A DNA stretch of 63,424 nt, counting the filler, from Klebsormidium nitens (lineage: Eukaryota; Plantae; Klebsormidiophyceae), in assembly GCA_000708835.1 (NCBI GenBank). It is 5 parts of 5 records of this genome, joined end to end, with 100 filler letters (N's around TTAATTAATTAA, not from the genome) between each part and the next. Parts side by side here need not be neighbours in the genome. Positions count along the whole stretch, not along the records: positions 31,292 to 41,704 come from DF238158.1; positions 41,805 to 55,413 come from DF238061.1; 3 more parts are not named here. One strand, given 5' to 3'. A program made the position numbers and the translations under genes. Each line of letters opens with the position of its first letter. Within the stretch, counting starts at the first letter, position 1. Shown in pieces: positions 37,201 to 47,800 of this stretch. The notes beneath the pieces were generated by a model. That model made no database searches. It saw only the letters and a program-made list of their open reading frames with translations, and was not told where the DNA came from.

Positions 37201-37208
37201 AGGTATGA
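31293..37208 (+). CDS. Helentron/Helitron2-type transposase: AP2(partial)-AP2-Zn finger-HUH Rep-Pif1 helicase-APE/EEP endonuclease; 5-prime end lies in the gap
   Basis: Uninterrupted frame of >1960 codons. Rep motifs QIFATFTMAETHW, EFQQRGTPHTH (~33354-33386) and AANYISSYMMK (~33945). Pif1 motifs GGAGTGKS (~35067), VVDEISM, GGDLFQLKP, LTQIMRQKD. EEP motifs LHNVRSL, INVYRSPS, VGDFNID, LLDHVW, SDHSPV. AP2 at ~31524-31697, plus EQAARTYD..PLNFP at 31293-31370. Confidence 0.93.
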   Translation, partial: EQAARTYDYVVAALVTDGAHPRPLNFPQGGTLEASEQAYADECLSSIRGKISRRESTTSREPENLVPSINVPTSSYGLPLGVRKSSGQEPCKYRARVTVNGRRVGLGEYSTRAEAAAAHDFVARAASKRSKLNYPISTTLELNAEDRQRLEHIVAQLMPAAEQPTDDDVSQLSDELVRDFRLASNEGPMYVCTSSCRRTWFSHSVRGVTEALRDRLSVSEANSWLTGRLSVGGTEWVCSTCYKYLAKRRCPPGAPPRQPDFTKLDPALQGLTSMENDLIALRLAFMKMRGLPPSVAGGPRKLGQLSLKGMVVNVPADLSRIQVALPRFIDSEGTIPVAIKYKLRNKACYRAAENVRPSKLRDAIASLTMRQTLWSEAHVTVRADWLASAGSSDDSSLRCSSFDNNMLGLEGGLLPDGFDAATSSSESDSESDDDNQLPPEETMLLDVPPFVASHAYGVSVAPSEGQTPIGMLQDPFAEEKAFPCLFNGNIRPRSEQSYNKVCKFELTNEDRRFARYPSNIFFKLRKLQAAAVASESWVRLRKKKLPNQTFPTAGELRNPNTKSSLLSQNVGYRDFKTLRGSPEYNRQGKKEAFAMIRQLGPFQIFATFTMAETHWGALLRTLYQLATGELISEATAVNLPWIDKVRLIRDDPVTVARCYYNRRDHLIRVLLKYSSLIGHITDFFWRDEFQQRGTPHTHAAFYLADAPKFGIDDDDAVVNFIDELVTCSSTAVSSTLLAGQYHHHSRGYCLKRRSLDNKRVCRFDFPRPPLHETMILHPLPESLSESRKQECARYSRQITEGLKHLDSGNSDAEHWSCSDFYSNLSLTPVEYVLGLRFKLVKPTIFLKRRPCEVYINNYNPKLLRLLEGTNMDIQFVLEAYAAANYISSYMMKTDYRLSKLLDQAYADARRGNMELRRSIRQVGMTLLKGQEISAQEAVYGCLGLPYRHSSRQHVFIPTSPPENRTLLVKTDTALSLLPEDSTECVYSNIIDKYAMRLQNESMQGTENLTLADFAAWYDHGTTAASAQENINEDSVESVTTADQTVAVESADTSDVRSSVKYHRREKAKIIRYVGFRKSEDPELYFRERILLFLPWVFEGQSHLSLSEVEDQILLSHFDTFEARYMAEEEAIIAASAPYDFHSDIVWKDVEKYAETRASEDAELLDELSDERCSRELNPEVSNLAAEAAVPAEFTVPPDSAFAAASSSEEKLPHSQILLSDEEFYQQMRMLTCSQRAYVDHVIHCLKFPGDRKLIEFLTGGAGTGKSLVIRCITQFIIRTFSGAVGLQPTSLKVLLTAFTGSAGFNIDGVTIHSAFRIPLYAKLESYIPVMGEKRAALRDVYADLKACVVDEISMTGAKLLQIINYRLQEIFESVEPFGGLPMIFGGDLFQLKPLWDGYVFEGIRKNGVIVSNLWEENVRMFELTQIMRQKDCLEFAQALNRLRTGSHTGQDLDLFRTRVVDPLDLPTDYSAFDKHIFATRKKRDAHNSLVLRLTGGPECTVRARDEALSYGVSARDRTHFLVKAESMHDTETATLFTILQLKVGLLVEITCNVNIPDGLYNGAMGYVRRFHDLGGSEPHIIWVEFTEQRIGSRTREDSANLYRLCSSVDPTWTPVFRISRTFQATQRIESTILRTQFPLRPATAGTFYHTQGMTLQKGSLDFRGASKHHVDAGRHYVGLSRFPNLNQLFILDPAFDEITVSTKVIAEMARLRQQASVIPCIPQVPISPGVDRELHLILHNVRSLRLHKSDVFADNNFHRSHVLVCTESRAAPSWPLSSLEQSDFDVFRAERDPSARDGFDNVIVYVSKSGHTLSATLHSAVNDCRSQVLCLHIRGRPSPDFYLINVYRSPSDFLVHRFLESLQKLIAQIFERTPQASPSFLCVGDFNIDLLKPSSEANKLTDIMRSFNAQLLNSLPTTNQGALLDHVWASSSLANAGTARNLEAYWSDHSPVHLAFHWRADGTCGSPSFKV

Positions 37209-37748
37209 AACATATCTGAAGCACACCCTGTTGACGTAATAAAAGACGAGCTACACAACTAAGTAGAACCGTCAGACCCCCCGGGCGCCGACCGGGAGGG
37301 GGATCCCCCAATACAAATTCCACGGGAGGGGGATCCCCGGAGCGCGAGTCTGTCTCCCGAGAGCTCAACGTTGCCGTTCGGATTCAGTGTTCCACAGACA
37401 TAGTCTAGTTCACAGCTGATTACTTTCGAATCGAACTAACGACGAAGCCTTTGTGCTATTCTGCCGCTGTGACTGCCGCTTGAGAAGCAGATAATCTTCG
37501 TCGAACAACTTTATCAACTGGTAATGCTTCAGTCACCCTTCCTTTGTTTCTTTGAGGCTTCATGCACGTACGCGCGCTTCTGGCTAGGACACGTGACGCG
37601 TGACTCAGCGACAGTTGTCCCATGCAACCAACGCAAGTGTAGCGAAGACTTCTCTGTCGTTACCAGGCCTCCGCTGATTCTGCATGCATATTCTTCTTCC
37701 TAGCACGTTACGAAGACTTCGAAGATTTCTCAAACATGCACGAAAGCA

Positions 37749-38100
37749 TCAACGTGCGTCAGCTTCAATTTCTCGCACAATCAAGATTCCAAGGAATTCC
37801 CACACACTAACTGAACTATCAACGTGCGCCGACTTCAACTTCTCGCGCCGACTTTTCAGACTTCGCTTGACTCTCGCACAAACTCTTGACAGCTCAGCGT
37901 ACGCGACTTCGGATAAAGTTTTGTTCGACATGCACTTTCTATCCACTATTCCTTCTGGTTCGACTTCAGACATGCTTTCAATCTGTTTCAGTTTACTCGG
38001 ATTGACTTCTACGAAATCGCCCGTAAACATCTCCTTCAGTCGAAATCTAGCAGCTTCTGTTTGATGTTCTCCTTCCTCGAATTCCCATAGAACTACCACG
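37749..38100 (-). CDS. Possible small ORF or exon between RepHel and the RPA-like gene, function unknown
   Basis: Open frame with a protein-like charged composition (EFEEGEHQTEAARFRLKEMFTGDFVEVNPSKLKQIE...). No recognisable motif. Confidence 0.3.
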
Positions 38101-38155
38101 AGAAAGAAACACGAAAGCAAAGAATTCGAAGGGGCGCCAGTTGCAACCAGCAGCA

Positions 38156-41094
38156 ATGGCGCCCAAGGCCTTCGAAATACCGACCGTTACGATCAAGCAG
38201 ATAGAAGACTTCCCCGTAGATACAAGCCTGTTCCAAGTGCACGGCAAAGTAGTCGAACTAGACAGTCCTACTGACAACAACAAGCCTAACGTCCGCGATC
38301 TTCCATTTGGCCACATGTGCGCAATGCAAGTCGTCCTGCAAGATAAGGAAGGGGCTAGAATCACGGTGGAAGCCACAAGCAAGAACAAGCAGTTCGTGCA
38401 ATCCGTGAGCGACAGGTGCTGCAAGGACAACACGATCCTTCTTCATCGACCAGTGGTGACGTCATGCAGGTAAATTCTGGATGTACTGAAACATTGGAAG
38501 CCTTTGGTGTTACATTCTATAGGCTTGTTACAACTAAGACTACTGTTCACGAATATTCTCTTTCTATGTATTTTGACGTTGTGTGCCAGGCTGGTTGCGG
38601 TCAATACTTCTGTCACTGAGAGTCCCACTTGCACATACTGCAAGCTTCTCGGTAGTTCTCGTACAAGAAGGCGCTCTCCGAGTTTTTGTCTGAGCAAAGA
38701 ACGCTGCATGCTGTATGGCTTGCAAGTCTAGGAACCGCATGCACGACTGTAACACATCCAGCTAATAGTGTGGTTTACGAACGGTGCTTCTCGTGATCCA
38801 GGTATTCTCTTACGGACAAGCCAACCTCCCTGAAAGTGCAAGAAGGTCGAACTCTCATCCAGGACTCCGAGGAACACATCGATCAAATCCAAGAACCAGC
38901 CGTCGGTTTCGATGCTTTACAGCCAGGCGGGGTAAGTTGATCGCTGTATGAAATTTCAATTTGTCAGATACAATCAGACTACACTCTGAAGAGCATATGC
39001 ATGTTCTGATGTATATTCAGTTTGTTATTGCAGAGCTTGGCTGCTTCGATGCAGATACCTTAAAGCAAGAAAGCACATCTGACTGCCCATGTCTGTCATG
39101 CAACCAAGCGTACTTTGACTTTTACAAAGTGCAAGCTGATGAGCGTGTCTTCGCGACGAGCTGCTGCCGTTTCCGATGATTGCTGTACTACGTACAGGTA
39201 CGGACTATGTAAACGTCAGCATAAATTTGTGATATCTCATTTCCATCGGTCAATTTACAGGTACATAAGATCGAGGGCCTGCTTATCTACAAAAGCCGTG
39301 TGTCAACGCCAGCTACAGCAAGGGGCGATCGCGATGTCCGTAAAATCATCATCAAAGACAGGCAGGGCATCATGGGCAGCATCGCCATCTGGGGCAGCAT
39401 GGCGCACATCCCGGAGATAAAGGACCTGAAGGTTCGTGATGACGTCATCGTCGTCGGTGGCGTCCAGTACGACATGGACCAGGGCTGCAGCAGCACAACT
39501 TGGAAGTAAGTTGTGCATGCATTCAGGACACAGATTTTCGTCAACTTTTCATGATATCAATAAGCGACGTTGACTAAACATGTGACAAGAGGATTCCCGC
39601 TGCTTTTCGTATTGCCGTTTGAAAGATCTTTCATTTGTGAAGGAAAAACAACCAATGTTGCATCAAGAAATTGCATCGCTATCTCTGAAAGTAGGTTCGC
39701 GGCTTTTCAACGCTACTGTTTGCAATTTCGACTGCTCGCTTTATGTTTCAAAATCTCAAATAAACGTTGCAGCACTGCACGCGCATGCACGCGCGATCTT
39801 AAGGCCTTCGAACGCGCGCGCGCGCTCGCCAGAATTTGAGAAAAATAGGCGCGCGCACAGTGCGTTCTGAATTGCGTAAACACGTTTTTACAGGAACGAC
39901 TCAAAAGTCATTTGCACGCACCAGTTGTTTAACTGTTTGTTCATCCTCTGGTGTTACGGACTTCTTAGTCATGAGTATTCCATCCGTTAAACTAATACCG
40001 AATTTCCTGACTAACCCAAGACGTATTCTGATCATTCCTGTCACAGCAGAAAGTTGTAAAACTTGATTTCGTTTGTCTGCAGCACTACTATCACAGTGAC
40101 CGGCCAGGCGGCAGCTGCAATAGCTGGAATCGGGCTCACCTACCGAGTGTCGACCGTCGACAAAATCGTACCCTGGCCTCGAGTCGTACAATCGCTGGCA
40201 GGCAACAAGTGGACAACAACGACAGTGCTCGGAAGCTTCATCCAGTTCACCAAGATCGACGCCATCGGATACGGCTGCAACGACTGCAGCAGCACAGCCA
40301 GCCGTAACCCGGTGACAAAGGAGCTCTTCTGCGACCAAGGCTGCAAGCCGGGGCCGCTTCGGGACGCCTGCGTGGAAGTGACGGTCACAGCGGACATCCG
40401 CATAGACGGCGGACGTGAGTATTTTAACTCTCATTTTCGCAATTGCAGACGAATAAGGCCGACACTATTGCGCTGAACGCATCGCTCTATTTAGCTTCAT
40501 AGTCCTCTGCCTTGTTCTGATCCGTTCAATTTCGTCTGCGCTAATTCTATTCCGTTACATGCGATTCGTTCCGTTCTATGCATTCCGTTCATTCCATTCC
40601 GTTATTTACCTTCGAGCGTCGTAATCGAATAGGATGCGCTGACTTTATCTGGACTTGCTCTACGCATACCAACTCTACGCCTCTTAACGAAACATCGACT
40701 TCTTCTTGCCGAGACAATTTCTAAGCCTGCTCCGGATCTTCAGTTTCCACGACGCTGATTCTACGTAACGCATCTTATACGATCTCATTCTGTCTGCGAT
40801 ATCCGCGCAGTGATATACACTACGACTTCTTTTGCAGCGGACTCGATTTCCGTAAAGATCTGGCCTAATGAGTTCCCTGTCGTCACCGGTACGCACCTGG
40901 AGAGTTTCTGCACCAAGCCGCCCAACGAGCAACTGGACAACCTCAACATCCGGCTCAAGAATCGGAATTTCGCCATGCATATGCGGATTCGTGAGAATCC
41001 TAACACGCAGTTCAGCCAGTACCAGGCAAATCTCGTCGGTCTAGATCTCCCACCAAATTTCGGGTTCTTCAACAAAAAATATAAGGCGGAGTAA
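38156..41094 (+). CDS. RPA70-like multi-OB-fold ssDNA-binding protein with a C4 zinc finger, 434 aa, 5 exons
   Basis: Exons 38156-38469, 38802-38931, 39261-39505, 40083-40414, 40811-41094 total 1305 nt with compatible phases. OB-like segments VHGKVVEL..VVLQDKEGARITV and VRKIIIKDRQGIMGSIAIWG. Zinc finger GYGCNDC..LFCDQGC. Confidence 0.72.
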
Positions 41095-41704
41095 AACGGG
41101 ACTGACTATCCTAGAAACGTGCGAGTGACTAGCAGAAATAAACGTGGTCGCTTGAAGGAACAACGACATTCCGTATGGTCGAGAAACTTAGAGTACGCTT
41201 TCAGTCAACAAGGACGTGGAACGGATAGTCCTAGTCTGAAGTCGCGGGAATTGTAAAAAGTAGAAACGACTATAGAGCAAAAACACTTCGTTCCAGAATC
41301 TCGTACCTGTAAGATCTGCGATGTACATTCTCAAATCCGCTGCGGCGACTGTAAATTGATGTACTTGCCACAACCAGAAACATGACATTTCCATTCGCAT
41401 GCTATCAGTCGGCAGTATGCGCGTTCAACGTGACCGTCGAAGCAGACTCTCAAGACACACATGAGTGACAAAATAAGCGATTTCATCTTGACAATGACAA
41501 CAGTAGATGTACAGTGACTTCTGCATACATGAGAAAGCGAGCCAAACTTATAACCATGTCAAGTCTGACAATGTAAGTTGTGTGAGCTGTTGCAAGCAAC
41601 GCGCATACGGCATCGACCATGGCGTTCTACGCGCGCTGCGCGCGCAATTCAGTACATCTCACATTAATTCCCTGACAGAGGCAAGCCAGTACCGTCGCGC
41701 AGAC

Positions 41705-41804
41705 NNNNNNNNNNNNNNNNNNNNNNNNNNNNNNNNNNNNNNNNNNNNTTAATTAATTAANNNNNNNNNNNNNNNNNNNNNNNNNNNNNNNNNNNNNNNN
41801 NNNN
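41705..41804. other. Assembly gap with linker
   Basis: 100-nt N block. Confidence 0.97.
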
Positions 41805-44800
41805 CTGGCACGGCGGACCGGCCGCGCGCACGGTTCGGCAGTTGCCAGCCGCGCGCGTTTGGAGACTACTGCTCAATCGGTGCGCGCGCGCTAATCGTTC
41901 TGATGCTATCTTGACCACGAAATAGCGACCACGCGGCTAGGCCCTTAGCCGGGCTGGCGGCCGCGCAGCGAGGAGCGTCTGCGCGGCTTCGCGGCTGCGC
42001 GGCCCGCCGGCCGTGGACCGCCCTAACGTCCCAATTTTAAAATCTTGACTCGCATTGTGCGGAGCGGCGGCCGCAACTGGTGCTTTGTGCGAACGTGTTT
42101 ATGGGGACAGCTGCGCGGCCTTGCCGGAGAATTGACCGACGTAAGGGCGAAACCGCGTGGCGAACCGTTTCTACAGTGCGGCCTCGGACCGCTAGATGCC
42201 GCTTCGGTGGAGAGCGCCCGGCCGGCTTTGCATTGAAGATGTGCGCGTGGGCACCCGCGCGCGCCGAGCGCGCCCATGGTTGAGTGACGTCTGGCTGACA
42301 GTAGCATGGCCGCTAGTGGAGCGTTTGCGAGGCCGGCCGAGATGCACAAGACTAGAGTGTTGTGAGCGATTTTTCTATCTGTCGGCTTTCCATGATCACG
42401 ACCCTTTAACTATTCGACAGTGTGATCTTCGCAGACTTGATCTCAAAAAAGGCTAATGGCTTTTTTACATCGACTTTTAGTTGAGAGGGATGAGATTGTC
42501 TTTGGCGCACAATCGCACCGCCGCGCCGCGGCTGACGTTCGACAACGTAGAAAATTGCCTCCGTACTAATTCTTCTCTTTCCACTGCTCGAACATGTATT
42601 TAGGGGATTGCCTCGATTGCCGCAAGGTCTTCCAGCTTTAAAGAGCCTCCCTTCCGTTGCCTTTCCCTATCCATGGTTTCATTTCGCCTTGAAGACAGGT
42701 CATGAAATGGAAGCCACATCGGCCAGGCCTTCCGTTCCTCTCAACCTCGCAGTTCGATAAGTGATACACTTCTCATTAGTGGGCGGTCTTGGAACGCTTT
42801 TGCTCATTCCGCAAAATGCGACCTCTTTCCATCTTCATCCATAAGAAGTCTCCTCGCATGGCAAGGACGAGGCTTTCTAAGCTGGCTGATAGCTAGACGC
42901 CATATCGCCATTGGTCCGACTCCGATGCCACCATCCAGATTGGAGAAATACACTCCGCACCCAAAAGCTCTTCATGAGCGCACGGTATCGAATATTGCCG
43001 GTCCACCTCCGTCATATATGCCCAAACGTGTTAAGCTGCGGTTGGTAAGACTTCATAGGCATCCCATTGCGGTACAGATGCCCTTACATCTCTGCTGCCA
43101 AATGTTTCCACTGTCGCGCACTCCAGGCGGTGCGCAAAGAGTTTGCTCGCCGTTTTGATGGCATAGATTGTACCAGAAAGTTTGCGCCGGGTTAGCGCGA
43201 CGTACTCCCTGCTGAGTTGGGCCTCGCGCACTACGACCGTGCGTTATCGCATGAGATAGCACGCGGAGGTGACGCGCGATCCGCTTATGCGCGCGTGCGA
43301 AGCACAGCCGTCGGTAAGCGCAAACGGGCGTGCTCGCTTTCCGCTGGCCTACCAATCAGTTAGGTACCCAAAACACTCTGTCAAATTTGGGTCAGAAGGA
43401 GACCCTGGGCTTAAGGTCCATTACCTGGGCTTTCTGCGACTGGTAGCCAGTATCCGGACAAAATAAAGCACGACGTAAAAGCGCCCCGTGATATTTCCAG
43501 GTTGCTGGAGCAAACAAAAATCTTCGATGTACAACTCTCGTTACCTCAAATTCCCGACGGTTTTTGAGTTGTGAGGACGAGTCTTGACAAGGTTTTAAGG
43601 GGAAGGCGTCTCTGGTTGAAAAGCCCAGATGCCTTCGCCAGATTGCGAAAGAGAATTGGTTTCAGCAGCTTTGCAGAATCAACGCCAAGAGGATCCTAAA
43701 GTTGGCTGGTCAGGCCTGCTAAGGTCGCCCCAGATCTTCGTAGAATCAGTACGTGTCGCAATGTATAAGGAGAACGGCGTTTCTAAGCCACTCTTAGGAA
43801 AGACCTTGACCTATCCAGCTTGACGGGTTTTGCGAGTATGATCCACGTTTTTCCTCTTCCGTCAACGTGGAAACAAATCCGTTCAACGTTACTGAATGAC
43901 GTTGTCTTACCAACCTCTAATGTGACATCCACGGCAGTGACGAGATATACAGTGGGCTCGAGAAACGCAACACCTCCCAGATATTGCAAAGCGGCAGCAT
44001 GTCGCTAATGTATGAAAGTCGATCGGTATGCACCATTTTCAGGGGGGTTCCTATTTGCGGCCCCTTTCTGGGGAGGCGGCGACCTCGCCAACCGATCATC
44101 AAGCAGAAGAGTTGCCGCAAGCGCCGCTTATATCATGACTGAGGCGGCCACTCCTGAAGTGCTGAGCATTGCCAGTTTCGCATAGTAAAAGGCCTGCGCA
44201 TGAGCGGCTGCGGGCGTTTAGCGCGGGCCCGAAAGCGGGCTTCGCTTATACGGTCGTAAGGCTTCGTTGAGTCCACTTGTGAGAGAATCTTCAGAAGAGG
44301 CGCAAGTTCTCCGAGGTATGATAGCTTGAAAGCGTTCCGCTCTTGCTCACATGTCCTCGAATGCTCTCTCAATGATAGAACTTTGATGGCTTATGACGAG
44401 CGCTTGCGATCCTGGGCTGCGAGAGACCAATGCGCGGCTACTCTTGCTAAAACCCGCGGGGAAAAAGACGGCGCGCAGCGCGGCTAAGCGGCCACTTGCA
44501 GATGGTCAAGTTTTGTTACTAGCGGGCTATGAATCAATCAAACGTGGGTCTTTCACAGGGGCTCAGTATCCATTGAACGCTTCCATCTAAGCCTGCTCCG
44601 TCTGGATCACATGATCTAGGATGGCCTGGCAAGATATTCTCGGAACTAGAACCTCAAGATGGCTTAGCGATCAGTTTCAAGTACCTCCAGGTAAGTAAGT
44701 TGTCCGGGATGTAACTAACTTTCCGCCATTGGGCAAGCGCCCTCTTTCTGCCAGTGTCAATACCTCTGGCTGAAGAGGGAAGGCCACTGTTGGCGAAGGC

Positions 44801-47800
44801 TACGAGATGTGGTCAAAACTCGCATGGAAGTGTTGTTCCAGCAGCGTCTCGATAACCGTGACGTCTCCTTAACTGCAGGGCGTACTTGCATGAGCAACCA
44901 TCAAAAGACTGCGCTGACAGAGACGAATCGCGGGCTTCGGCCCACGAACGGATTGTCCTGACGCCCACAAATCAACAGTGGACCAACGTTGTCGATATCT
45001 ATGTACAGGAATGCTGTACAAGCGTACAGCACAGCTCAGTTCTGCAAATTAAAGCACGACCTTCGTTCGTGGTTGCGGTTTCGAGAATCCGCACGCTTCT
45101 CTGCGAACAAAATCTTCCCGAGTTATGGCAGTATTCTGATGAAAACTGACATTAACCTCAGTGCGTTATTTAACGAACGCTGTCCGATTAAACCCTTGGA
45201 TAAATGCAACCTCCCTTGAGCCCGGCAATGATCGGTTGGCACTTTGTCGGCCCGGCCTGCCCGATCTCTTGAGGGGCAGGCTGGCTTGCGTACCTGAAGC
45301 TAGAACTAAACTTTTGATAGCATCGAGTAGCTCTCAGTATCATCGACAAGGGGCTGGCCTATCTTTCCATCCTGCTGACCATCTGCCAAGACCTGGAGCT
45401 TGTCACAACCAAAAAACTATTGCGCTTGACATGCTTGAGTCACAAGCTCAAGTTCTACTTTTGTCGTCGCAAAATTTTGTCCATATGCGGTTTTCTGATC
45501 TTCTAAGAGGATGTGATCTATCATCTTCCGAAGTGGTGTGCGTGAGACCCCGGCAGACTCCAAATGTCATGGAGACTGCTGAGATGATTCCGACGCTGCT
45601 TCTTTCAACTGTTCAGATAGATCTTTTAGACTTCTCTCTCTTCTTACCATGTCAGTGCACGTTTGGTAAGGCTGGTCTCGCCAATTATTTTGCAGACCCT
45701 CTGTAGAATGGTTCCTTCTTTGATCGTATGTCTCTTGTTTTCGAAGACGACTTTGCAGGCAGGTGCAGTCTGCAGTGCCGTCAAGTGAAGCTTTTAGTGT
45801 TCCGATGCACCGATGCCATGATGATTAGTTCTGTGGGTTTTGTCCCAACTACATTTCTGGGGTATGATCCGATATCGGCCTGGTTCCAAAGATATTCAGA
45901 GACTTCACGCGCGTGAAAAAGCGGCAATGACGATATCAGAGTAAGGTCCTTGGGTTTCTGCCCATAATCGACGAGGTTCCGACAGCCGATGCCCAGAAGA
46001 AGATTTCGTTATCACAATCTGCTGTCAACGTGCCGATGCAATGATAATTGGTCTCGTGGGCTTCAACTTTAGACCGCCCACTGGCTTTCTGGAGTACGTA
46101 GTTCTGATGCTGTTGGGCCGGCCTGCTTCTGCAGATCATGCTGGACTGTGCAAACGTGGCGGCCGTGAGAAAGTGCCAGTGGATTTCCGCCCGCATCTTG
46201 ATCGATCGCTAACTGCTATCTGATTCCTGCAGACAGTCGAGAGTTTGAATGAAGTTGGGGCAGGTCGTTGAGACGTTGTCCACTGAAAATAACCCTTGAG
46301 GTCAAGTAAACGTATTGACTCGATCCAATTATACTTTCGTGCACGTCCTAGGCTAGCATTTGAAGCCCGGCCGTTCTCGTAATGACCGGTCGATGAAGTT
46401 GTCAAAAGTATTATTCGACCTCCCCTGTTCTACTAGTGATTGTTTACGGACTGTCCTTCTTGGAAACCGTTCGTTGTAGTAAGTCCATATTAATAAATAA
46501 CCTTTCCATGCGAAAACAGCTTACTTGAACAGAGGGCCGGGAGGGTTTGCGAAAGAAATTCCCGGAGAAGTCAATGGTAAGTAGCGAATCTCAGGCCGGC
46601 GTTACAACCCTTCTTCATCAATGAAACTTCGTATAGATCAATCGCCAGTGCTCTTGAAAAGACCGATGAGCCGCTCGATTGAGGAAAGCCTAGAGAATGC
46701 GACACTCAATCTAGCTAATTGCAACCACTGATCAAAGCTTTGTAAAGAGCAGCGGTGATGAGACGATCACTGTTGAGCACTTCTCCACATGCATTACTGT
46801 CATCCAGCATGAAGCTGCTCGTTTTTAAGTAACGGCCAAGCCTTCTGGCTAGTGAATATTTTCGAAGGTAGCGCAACTCACAGACATCAGTAAGCTTGCC
46901 CGCGGACGTACGATACGGCGCGGCCGCGGCTGCAGCTTCGGCCCCGCGCTGTAAGTTGGTGCCGCCGCGCGCGCGCGCTGGGGCGGCGCGGTAGACCGGC
47001 CGCGCGGACGCTTCAGCAGATTCTCCGCCGCGCGCGGTTTGGAAGCATAACGGTCGCCGCGCGCTAATGGCTTCGGTGGCAGCCGCTGACTCACAGAAAG
47101 AGCGGCCGCGTCACGGGCGCTTCAAGATCAAGCTGCCGCGGCGGGCTAGGAGCGTCCGGCCGCCTGGCTGCGCTGCCGCGCGTCGCGGAACCCCGAGATC
47201 CACTTTGCAAACTCGCGGGCGTTGACCAGTAATTCTGCGCCGTGAGTGGTGCTAGTATATGCAAAGCGGGTGGTACGATTGCGCGGCTGCGGGCTAGCAC
47301 CATCGAAGTGCTGTACAATATAACGTTTGCGCGACCTTGCTTTACGTAAAGCCGGGGCGTGGGAAACGGTATTTGTTGTGCTACTTCGGGGAGGGACAGG
47401 GTACTGAGTTAATGGAGTGCGCTTTGCATCGATTTGTAGCGCGTCTGCGCGAGCGCGCGTGCTGGGGCGCCAGGGCAAAATGTTTGGCCGTTCGAGATGC
47501 ATAAGATCAGATCACAAGGGTTTCCTCCAACAATTGCTGTCTAACGACCCGTGCTGTTTGAGATTCTGATTTTGAAAGCTTCTGTCAAGAGAAGCTAAGT
47601 CGCCGGTGACTACCCGCACTAAAAGAGCTCTTCCAGATGAAGCTTGGATGTTTTGAAAGGTCTATCAGGCTCTATCAAAACTTGAGGATGTTTGGATCAG
47701 CAAAATCTATAAGTAAGGGCCATATTGCGTGATGAGTACTTCGAGAAGGGTACACGCAGCTTTCAGAGATGGTTACCTACCGTTTTTTCCGCCATTTTGG

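Larger units (their letters stand above)
31292..41704 (+). mobile_element. Putative autonomous Helentron (Rep-Hel-EN + RPA-like gene); termini not identified
   Basis: RepHel-EN ORF followed on the same strand by an RPA70-like gene, a known cargo type of plant Helitrons. The contig is bounded by gaps on both sides, so the extent is inferred. Confidence 0.6.
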
